A DNA stretch of 64,000 bases, taken from the NCBI GenBank assembly GCA_020444415.1, contig JAHLLA010000011.1, positions 3,684 through 67,683 of the forward strand, written 5' to 3'. The number at the start of each line of letters is the position of its first letter. Within the stretch, counting starts at the first letter, position 1. The stretch is from Bacteroidota bacterium (GTDB lineage: Bacteria; Bacteroidota; Bacteroidia; Bacteroidales; F082). The position numbers were made by a program, and so were the translations under genes. The notes below the pieces were generated by a model. It was not told where the DNA came from. It saw only the letters and a program-made list of their open reading frames with translations, and ran no database searches. Positions 25,040 to 31,957 of this stretch are shown here, one piece after another.

Positions 25040-26968
25040 TTGAGTTCAGAGGCAAAGAAAATACTGGTGCAATACTGGGGTTATCCTGGATTCAGGCCTA
25101 AACAGGAAGAAATTATTGATTCCGTTATGGCAGGAAATGACACACTTGCCCTGCTCCCAACGGGCGGTGGAAAGTCTATTTGTTTCCAGGTGCCTGGCAT
25201 GATGCTGGAAGGAACCTCCATAGTCATCACCCCTTTGATCGCCCTGATGAAAGATCAGGTGTCGCGACTAAAACGTCAGGGCATTCCCTCCGGAGCTATT
25301 TATACAGGTATGCATAAAGATGAAATTGAATCGGTGTATTCAAATTGCCTGACCGGAAAATTCAAGTTCCTGTATGTCTCGCCCGAACGGCTTGAAAACA
25401 CCAGTTTTATTGATGTGATTGCCAGGCTGAATGTGAGTTTGATCGTTGTGGATGAGGCTCATTGCATCTCCCAGTGGGGTTACGATTTCAGGCCTCCATA
25501 CCTGCGTATCGCCAATATCAGGCAATATGCCGTTTCAGCACCGGTGCTGGCATTAACGGCTACTGCCACCCCATCAGTGGTTGACGACATCATGTCGAAA
25601 TTGAACTTCCCAAAACCCAACCTCATCAAATCAGGATTTGGAAGAAAGAATGTAGCATACAATGTATTGAAAGAAACCGATAAAACGGGCAAACTGATCC
25701 GGCTGCTGAAAGAAGAAAAAGGATCGGCCATTGTGTATGTCAGAAACCGCAGGAAAACAAGGGAGTTAGCTGACATTCTCTCCCAAAACCAGCTCAGCAC
25801 TAATTACTACCATGCAGGACTTGAAGCAAAATTGAGGGATGATCGACAAAAAAAATGGTCAAGCGGACAAACCCGTGTGATTGTTTCCACCAACGCTTTT
25901 GGAATGGGTATCGACAAAGCAGATGTACGGTTAGTTCTACATTACGACCTGCCGGATTGCATTGAATCCTATTTTCAGGAAGCAGGCAGGGCCGGACGCG
26001 ACCAGAAACCCGCCGCAGGTATTCTATTGTATAATGCAAATGACATAGCAAACGCGAAAAAGAAACTACACAACGCCTTCCCTTCAATCTCATTGATAAA
26101 AAATATCTACAACGCTTTGGGCAATTATTTCCAATTGCCTGAAGGCAGCGGTGCCGATATAGGGTTTGATTTCAGCATTGCTGATTTCGCCGGTCAGTAT
26201 GGGTTTAATATCATCGAGACTTACAATGCCATTAAATTTTTGGAACGCGAAGGGTTCTTATTTTATGTTGAATCAGCAGGGCAGTTTTCGAAACTTTTCA
26301 TTCCTGTTAAGAAGGAAGATATATACCGATACCTGGTTGAGCATCCGGGTTCCGACAGGCTGATAAAAGAAATACTCAGATCGTATACGGGTATATTCAA
26401 TGATTACATTGACATTAATGAAACACTACTTGCCAAGCGGGCTGAGATGGATCCCAAAGTCGTGATAGATAAACTTGCTGCTTTGCATAAAACTAGCATC
26501 CTGAAATATATACCCATCAGAACCAAGCCCCAGATCGTCTACAGCACCGAGCGATTAAGTACAAAATACATCCAGTTCTCTAAAGAAAATTACCACGACC
26601 TGAAAATAGCGGCTGAAAAACGTCTACAAAGTCTTTTCGACTTTATCACAAACTCGATGCAATGCAGAAGTATTCAATTGTTGGCCTATTTTGGCGAAAC
26701 CAAATCAAAAAGATGTGGTATTTGCGATGTTTGCATGGAAAAAAATAAAACTGAACTGAATGAACTGGAATTCAATAACATAAAAGACAAGATCAAATCC
26801 AGCCTGGCTGATAACCCACAACATGTTTACGAATTGGTTTCCAATATCAATGCAGAAGAAGAAAAAGTGATTTCCGTTCTGAGATGGCTTTTGGAAAACC
26901 ATCATGTGATCCGGCAAAAAAATGAAACACTGATGTGGCACGACCAGCTAAATATGAAATTTGATTGA
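25040..26968 (+). CDS. recQ: ATP-dependent DNA helicase RecQ
   Basis: It has FGYxxFRxxQ-like YWGYPGFRPKQEEII, the motifs TGGGKS and DEAH, and the zinc-binding cysteines CRSIQ...CGICDVC. A TTG start is required because no in-frame ATG precedes the conserved N-terminus. Confidence 0.9.
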   Translation: MSSEAKKILVQYWGYPGFRPKQEEIIDSVMAGNDTLALLPTGGGKSICFQVPGMMLEGTSIVITPLIALMKDQVSRLKRQGIPSGAIYTGMHKDEIESVYSNCLTGKFKFLYVSPERLENTSFIDVIARLNVSLIVVDEAHCISQWGYDFRPPYLRIANIRQYAVSAPVLALTATATPSVVDDIMSKLNFPKPNLIKSGFGRKNVAYNVLKETDKTGKLIRLLKEEKGSAIVYVRNRRKTRELADILSQNQLSTNYYHAGLEAKLRDDRQKKWSSGQTRVIVSTNAFGMGIDKADVRLVLHYDLPDCIESYFQEAGRAGRDQKPAAGILLYNANDIANAKKKLHNAFPSISLIKNIYNALGNYFQLPEGSGADIGFDFSIADFAGQYGFNIIETYNAIKFLEREGFLFYVESAGQFSKLFIPVKKEDIYRYLVEHPGSDRLIKEILRSYTGIFNDYIDINETLLAKRAEMDPKVVIDKLAALHKTSILKYIPIRTKPQIVYSTERLSTKYIQFSKENYHDLKIAAEKRLQSLFDFITNSMQCRSIQLLAYFGETKSKRCGICDVCMEKNKTELNELEFNNIKDKIKSSLADNPQHVYELVSNINAEEEKVISVLRWLLENHHVIRQKNETLMWHDQLNMKFD

Positions 26969-27001
26969 TTAATTTATTAGGTTTGTTTAAAATGAACACA
27001 T

Positions 27002-27724
27002 ATGAAACTACGTATATTATTTATCCTCATACTATCCACCCAACTCATTTATGCACAATCAGACCGGCAATATATCAGTCTGGCGGTAGGGCCTTCATTT
27101 CCATTGAATGATTTTGCTAAAATGGATCTGAATGATTCAACTTCAGGCTGGGCTAAAACGGGTGTAGCTTTTGAATTTACATATGCCTACCGGCTGACCC
27201 ATAACTTCGGTTTACAGGGAAAAATCAGTTACAGCAGCAATAAGTTTGACAATTTTAGCTATGAAGATGCTCTTGCGGCAATATATAGCCGTAATCCTGA
27301 AGATGCCGATACTTCTTTTAGCTCAGAAAGTTCAAAAAACTGGAGCAGTGCTGGTTTTCTTGTAGGTCCATACATCAGGTTTCCCTTTTCGTCCTCATTA
27401 TCCTGGGATATTAAAGCACTGGTGGGCATGTTCGGTGTAAGTTCTCCGGAACTTGTACTAAACGGATCGACGAATAGCGGCGACATTTTACAGGAATACT
27501 ACAGACTGAACGGAAGAGGCTATGCCTTTGCCTATAACCTGGGTACTGGCTTCAAATACAAAGTGTCAAATTATTACGCACTTCTATTTGTCGATTATTT
27601 TGAATCTAAGGTAAAAATCAATAATGTCGCTGGCTGGGACTGGAATGATGAACCCTACAACCAAAGCATCAAGCAGGATGTCAGCTATCTATCTGTTACC
27701 TTGGGGCTGGGCTATTATTTTTAG
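27002..27724 (+). CDS. outer-membrane beta-barrel protein
   Basis: It has a signal peptide, alternating hydrophobic beta-strand patterns and a C-terminal LGLGYYF ending in Phe. Confidence 0.65.
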   Translation: MKLRILFILILSTQLIYAQSDRQYISLAVGPSFPLNDFAKMDLNDSTSGWAKTGVAFEFTYAYRLTHNFGLQGKISYSSNKFDNFSYEDALAAIYSRNPEDADTSFSSESSKNWSSAGFLVGPYIRFPFSSSLSWDIKALVGMFGVSSPELVLNGSTNSGDILQEYYRLNGRGYAFAYNLGTGFKYKVSNYYALLFVDYFESKVKINNVAGWDWNDEPYNQSIKQDVSYLSVTLGLGYYF

Positions 27725-27734
27725 TTGCTGTTAA

Positions 27735-28325
27735 ATGAAACTTCCGCTGACGTATTATTTGTCTGATGATGTACCTTCTCTCGCCAAATCTCTTTTGGGA
27801 AAATACCTGATCACAAACATTAACGGTGTTATAGCAGGCGGAATGATTACTGAGACAGAAGCATATGAAGGTGTTACTGACAGGGCATCACATGCTTACG
27901 GCGGACTAAGGTCAAAAAGAACAGAAGTGTTGTATGCCACCGGAGGATGCAGCTATGTGTACCTTTGTTATGGCATTCATTACTTGTTTAATATTGTCAC
28001 AAACCAAAAAGAAGTGCCACATGCAGTCCTTATACGGGGTATTTTTCCTATGATAGGGATTGAAGAAGTGCTGATCAGGACCGGGAAAAGAAAAGTGGGA
28101 TATGCATTGACAAATGGACCGGGTAAATTAAGCAAGGCTCTCGGTATTACCTTGCGGCAAAACAATATTGCACTGAATGGGCAGCAGATATGGATTGAGG
28201 ACAGGGAGATACAATGTATGGAAACAGATATTATATCAACTAAAAGGGTGGGTGTAGATTATGCAGGACCAGATGCCCTCCTGCCTTATCGGTTCATACT
28301 GGATTACCGGAAATACATTGCATAA
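27735..28325 (+). CDS. mpg: DNA-3-methyladenine glycosylase (Mpg/AAG family)
   Basis: The family blocks LLGKYL, ITETEAY, DRASHAY and YVYLCYGIHYLFNIV are present. Confidence 0.85.
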   Translation: MKLPLTYYLSDDVPSLAKSLLGKYLITNINGVIAGGMITETEAYEGVTDRASHAYGGLRSKRTEVLYATGGCSYVYLCYGIHYLFNIVTNQKEVPHAVLIRGIFPMIGIEEVLIRTGKRKVGYALTNGPGKLSKALGITLRQNNIALNGQQIWIEDREIQCMETDIISTKRVGVDYAGPDALLPYRFILDYRKYIA

Positions 28326-28329
28326 AAAA

Positions 28330-28357
28330 ACGCCCTGCAAAACAAGGCGTTTTTTTT
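28330..28357. terminator. bidirectional rho-independent terminator between mpg and hup
   Basis: An A-run is followed by ACGCC-n11-GGCGT and then TTTTTTT. Confidence 0.6.
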
Positions 28358-28372
28358 AAAGTTTATCAAGTA

Positions 28373-28645
28373 CTAACCAACTTTTTTGGAAAGTTCAGCA
28401 CCTGGTTTAAATTTAACAACTTTTTTAGCTGCTATATTAATTTCTTTACCGGTTTGTGGGTTACGGCCTTTACGGGCAGCTCTTTTTGATACGGAAAATG
28501 ATCCGAATCCTACTAATGCTACGCGGTCTCCTTTTTTGAGAGCCCCACTTGTTGCTCCAACAAATGCATCTAATGCTTTTTTGGCGTCTGCTTTGCTGAT
28601 TCCAGCGTTTGATGCCATTGCGTCGATTAATTCAGCTTTGTTCAT
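28373..28645 (-). CDS. hup: HU-family DNA-binding protein
   Basis: [11 protein letters not shown] ... [21 protein letters not shown] is a classical HU sequence. Confidence 0.95.
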   Translation of the reverse strand: MNKAELIDAMASNAGISKADAKKALDAFVGATSGALKKGDRVALVGFGSFSVSKRAARKGRNPQTGKEINIAAKKVVKFKPGAELSKKVG

Positions 28646-28684
28646 TGTATAATAATTTTAATTAGAAATAAGGTTTATCAATAG

Positions 28685-28692
28685 CAAATATA
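28685..28692 (-). promoter_or_regulatory. candidate -7 box for hup
   Basis: The reverse complement reads TATATTTG and lies about 40 nt upstream of ATG 28645. Confidence 0.45.
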
Positions 28693-28836
28693 ATTGTAAA
28701 AGCTTTAAAAGCAAGGAATGACGCAGGAAATAGCACTAAATTGTTAATAAAACCCCCATTTTGTTAATAAACCCGGGCTAAAACAGCCCAAAAACCGCAA
28801 TTATTAAAGGATTTAGAGGTTTTCAAATTGTATTTT

Positions 28837-29817
28837 TTAGTCCTTTTTTCTGGAAAAGCTGATCATTTCCTGGTGAAATCCTCTTAAAAAGTCGTCGGTT
28901 GATAAACGTTTTTTTCCCGGTATCTGAAGTTCCAGGATTTGGATATAGCCGTCTTTTGTGGCAACTTTTATGTAATTTTTTCCATTAGTAAGTATTTTCC
29001 CCGGCTTCAGATTATGTGTTGTAATTTCAAAATCCGCTTTATAAACTTTAGTGAGCAGCTTTTCTTCATCGGAAGTTTCCATAAACGAATATGCAACCGG
29101 GTATGGGCTTAAGCCCCTAATAAAATTATATATTTCCCTGGATGGTTGACCCCAATTGATATGGCAAAATTCTTTGAATATCTTGGGCGCCGGAAATAAA
29201 ACTTCATTTGTTTTGATGAATTTCGACTGGTCAACAGCTTCCGCCTTTCCCATGCGTATTTTTTCAATGGTTTTCACCACCAGCTGTGCGCCTACTTCCA
29301 TCATACGGTCGTGCAACATTTCAAAGTTATCCTTTTCATCAATTGCAATTTCCACCTGTTCGATGATCTTTCCCGTATCTATTTCCTTGTCTAAAAAAAA
29401 TGTGGTTAAACCTGTGGTCTTTTCTCCACGAATAAGGACGTGATTGATAGGTGCTGCTCCCCTGTATTGTGGCAATAATGAAGCATGAAGATTAAAAGTA
29501 CCCAGTTCAGGCATATCCCAAACTGCTTCGGGCAGCATCCTGAAAGCTACTACTACCTGCAAATTGGCCTTCAGCTTTATCAATTGTTGCAGGAAATGTT
29601 CATTTTTAAGTTTCTCGGGTTGGAGAACCGGTAACTTATGCTCCAGCGCAAATTCCTTAACAGCTGAAAACCTGATCTTTTTACCCCTGCCTGCTTCCTT
29701 ATCGGGTGCTGTAATCACTCCAACAACTGTGTAGCCGCTTTCAACAATGGCACTTAATGATGCCACTGCAAAATCGGGTGTTCCCATAAAAACAATACGA
29801 AGTTCCTGTTTTTCCAT
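28837..29817 (-). CDS. fmt: methionyl-tRNA formyltransferase
   Basis: It has RIVFMGTPDFAV and the HASLLPQYRGAAPI (SLLP) motif. Confidence 0.9.
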   Translation of the reverse strand: MEKQELRIVFMGTPDFAVASLSAIVESGYTVVGVITAPDKEAGRGKKIRFSAVKEFALEHKLPVLQPEKLKNEHFLQQLIKLKANLQVVVAFRMLPEAVWDMPELGTFNLHASLLPQYRGAAPINHVLIRGEKTTGLTTFFLDKEIDTGKIIEQVEIAIDEKDNFEMLHDRMMEVGAQLVVKTIEKIRMGKAEAVDQSKFIKTNEVLFPAPKIFKEFCHINWGQPSREIYNFIRGLSPYPVAYSFMETSDEEKLLTKVYKADFEITTHNLKPGKILTNGKNYIKVATKDGYIQILELQIPGKKRLSTDDFLRGFHQEMISFSRKKD

Positions 29818-29830
29818 ACCCTGTAAAAAT

Positions 29831-29860
29831 AAAAAAACCCGGCGATCATCTCACCGGGTT
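29831..29860 (-). terminator. rho-independent terminator after the TPR membrane protein gene, ending 13 nt before the fmt start
   Basis: On the minus strand ACCCGG-n11-CCGGGT is followed by TTTTTTT. Confidence 0.6.
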
Positions 29861-29882
29861 TACATTAAAAACTTATGAAGTT

Positions 29883-30584
29883 TTAATTTCTTCCACTTTT
29901 GGTTTCAGCCCTGGCTATATTTTTATCGACGACTCTACCTTCATTGCTTCTTGGATAATCATCTTTGATACGGGTGTAGGCATCAATCGCAGCATCAAAA
30001 TCACCCATAATTTCATACACTTGTCCGGCTTTGTATAAAAACATCGGGCTTGTAAAATCATTGTCCTTTTTATCGGCAGCTTCCAAATAATAGTTTACAG
30101 CTTTATCGTGGTCTCCAAGCTCCAGATAGGCGTCACCCAAGGCACCCACCGCCATCGGACCCACAATATAATCATCGCTGTTAAAATCTCCCAGATAATC
30201 TATCGCCTGGTTAAATTCACCTTTTCTCAGGAAAGAAATTCCGGCATAATAATTAGCCAGGTTCCCGGGTTTTGTAAAACCATATTCATCAGCAATATCA
30301 ATAAAGCCGAGGCTGTTTCCATCACCGTATAAAGCTTTATCCAGCGAGTCAGACTCAAAAAATCTTTGTGCCATGAACATTTGTTCCTGTGCTTCTTTTG
30401 TTTTTGGTTGCTGGTAATATCTCTGGAAACCAAAGTAAGCAAGTATTGCAACAACAATAACACCTACAACAATGCTGATAATTTTCTGGTTATTAACAAT
30501 AAACTGTTCGGTTCGGGTCAACGATTCTTCAATATTTTCTAACCGTTGATCACCTCTGATTTCTGGATCCTTTTTCTTTGCCAT
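29883..30584 (-). CDS. membrane-anchored TPR-like protein (YfgM-like architecture)
   Basis: It has an N-terminal charged region, a single TM helix (IISIVVGVIVVAILAYFGF) and TPR-like helical repeats. Confidence 0.5.
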   Translation of the reverse strand: MAKKKDPEIRGDQRLENIEESLTRTEQFIVNNQKIISIVVGVIVVAILAYFGFQRYYQQPKTKEAQEQMFMAQRFFESDSLDKALYGDGNSLGFIDIADEYGFTKPGNLANYYAGISFLRKGEFNQAIDYLGDFNSDDYIVGPMAVGALGDAYLELGDHDKAVNYYLEAADKKDNDFTSPMFLYKAGQVYEIMGDFDAAIDAYTRIKDDYPRSNEGRVVDKNIARAETKSGRN

Positions 30585-30604
30585 TCCTATTCAATTTGAG
30601 GATG

Positions 30605-30612
30605 CAAAAGTA
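30605..30612 (-). promoter_or_regulatory. candidate -7 box
   Basis: The reverse complement reads TACTTTTG and lies 20 nt upstream of ATG 30584. Confidence 0.4.
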
Positions 30613-30685
30613 TATTTTTCTTCTTAATAATGAAACGTCTACGGCAAAATAAATTAGAAATGCATAAATTGCCTGTACATATTTC

Positions 30686-30693
30686 TAATTTTG
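30686..30693 (+). promoter_or_regulatory. candidate -7 box for trmH
   Basis: TAATTTTG lies 25 nt upstream of the TTG start at 30719. Confidence 0.4.
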
Positions 30694-30718
30694 TGAACTA
30701 AAAAACACAACTACAAAG

Positions 30719-31408
30719 TTGAAAAACACAGATCACATCCAACAGGAGGCATTGTTAAATCACCTCCTTGAATTCATTACACCAAACCGCAAGTCTCTTT
30801 TTGAAAAAGTGATCATGAACAGAACGCGGCATATTAGCGTTGTGCTCGAAGACATTTATCAGCCCCATAATGCCAGTGCGGTGTTGCGCACCTGCGATTT
30901 AACTGGTATACAGGATGTACATATCATTGAAAACAACAACCAGTATGATGTCAATCCTGATGTAGCCATGGGGGCTTCCAAATGGCTCAACCTGATCAAA
31001 TACAATCAAAGTGAGCACAACACATTGCATGCTTATGAAAAGCTAAGAGAACAGGGATATCGTATTGTAGCAAGCACACCTCATAAGAATGACCTGGACC
31101 TGGATACGATTCCATTTAAAGGGAAAATAGCCATTGTGTTTGGGACCGAGTTAAACGGGCTTTCTGAAGTCGCTATCGATAACGCGGATGAATTTTTAAA
31201 AATTCCGATGTACGGTTTTACAGAAAGTTATAATATTTCTGTTTCAGCAGCATTAATCCTCTATACCTTGACCAACCGCTTGCGAAATACTTCCATTAAA
31301 TGGCAGTTATCTGAACTGGAAAAATTGGAAATTCTGCTCGAATGGTCGCGCAGAAGTATTAAAAGAAGTGACATTATCGAAAATGAATTTCTAAAGAACA
31401 GAAAATGA
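30719..31408 (+). CDS. trmH: SpoU-family tRNA (guanosine-2'-O)-methyltransferase (TrmH-like)
   Basis: It has LEDIYQPHNASAVLRTCD and the C-terminal SPOUT knot motifs (FGTELNGLS and ESYNISVSAAL). A TTG start is inferred. Confidence 0.75.
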   Translation: MKNTDHIQQEALLNHLLEFITPNRKSLFEKVIMNRTRHISVVLEDIYQPHNASAVLRTCDLTGIQDVHIIENNNQYDVNPDVAMGASKWLNLIKYNQSEHNTLHAYEKLREQGYRIVASTPHKNDLDLDTIPFKGKIAIVFGTELNGLSEVAIDNADEFLKIPMYGFTESYNISVSAALILYTLTNRLRNTSIKWQLSELEKLEILLEWSRRSIKRSDIIENEFLKNRK

Positions 31409-31479
31409 TGCGGTAAAGAGTTGCGGGCTCCTTAAATTTTGGTAACTTTACGCCCATACAAACTTCAAATAATTCAACC

Positions 31480-31911
31480 ATGGGTAAAGGAGATAAAAAG
31501 ACAAAAAGAGGTAAAATAATCGCAGGCACGTATGGAGTGAGTCGAAAAAGAAAGAGAAAAGACCGGAAGGTGACACCGGCATCAGCGAAACCAAAAACAA
31601 AAAAAACCGCAGTAAAAAAAGAAGAAGAACCAGTTGTAGCTGAAGAAAAGAAAGTGGAAGAGAAAAAGACCACAGCTAAGAAAACAACTGCAGCCAAGAA
31701 AACTACAGCCGCGAAAAAAACCACTGCTACCAAAAAGAAAGCCCCAGCCAAAAAAGAGGAAAAGGCTGCTGAAGTAAAAGAAGAAAAGAAAACGACTGCA
31801 AAGAAGAAACCGGCAAAAAAAGAAACGAAAACTGAAGAGGTAAAAGAAGAAAAGAAAACGAAGGATAAAGATGAGGCTAAGGTTAAGGAAAAAAAGGATG
31901 CGAAAAAATAA
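31480..31911 (+). CDS. ribosomal protein THX fused to a lysine/alanine/threonine-rich histone-H1-like tail
   Basis: The N-terminus MGKGDKKTKRGKIIAGTYGVSRKRKRK matches the THX signature. The remaining 110 aa or so are K/A/E/T repeats. Confidence 0.8.
   Translation: MGKGDKKTKRGKIIAGTYGVSRKRKRKDRKVTPASAKPKTKKTAVKKEEEPVVAEEKKVEEKKTTAKKTTAAKKTTAAKKTTATKKKAPAKKEEKAAEVKEEKKTTAKKKPAKKETKTEEVKEEKKTKDKDEAKVKEKKDAKK
31664..31740 (+). repeat. in-frame tandem 15-nt repeats encoding (A/T)KKTT units within the THX tail
   Basis: AAGAAAACWACWGCN is iterated about four times (TAKKTTAAKKTTAAKKTTATKK). A second 22-nt direct repeat GTAAAAGAAGAAAAGAAAACGA occurs twice further downstream. Confidence 0.8.
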
Positions 31912-31935
31912 TCCTTACTTATAAATTCTATAGAA

Positions 31936-31957
31936 AGCGGGCTTACCCGCTTTTTTT
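31936..31957 (+). terminator. rho-independent terminator for THX, overlapping the stop codon of the convergent gene
   Basis: AGCGGG-ctta-CCCGCT is followed by TTTTTT. The minus-strand stop codon (31943-31945) lies in the loop. Confidence 0.75.

Noticed and set aside
31664-31740. Tandem repeats here, and at 24106-24180, as possible CRISPR or minisatellite arrays.
   Set aside because: The units are only 15 nt and 8 nt long and have no unique spacers. The first set is in frame within a coding sequence. No cas genes are present.
31374-31751. A 125-aa minus-strand ORF rich in F, V and A.
   Set aside because: It is the antisense shadow of the lysine-rich (AAG/AAA) THX tail. Its composition is the mirror image of the repeats, and it would overlap the trmH 3' end.
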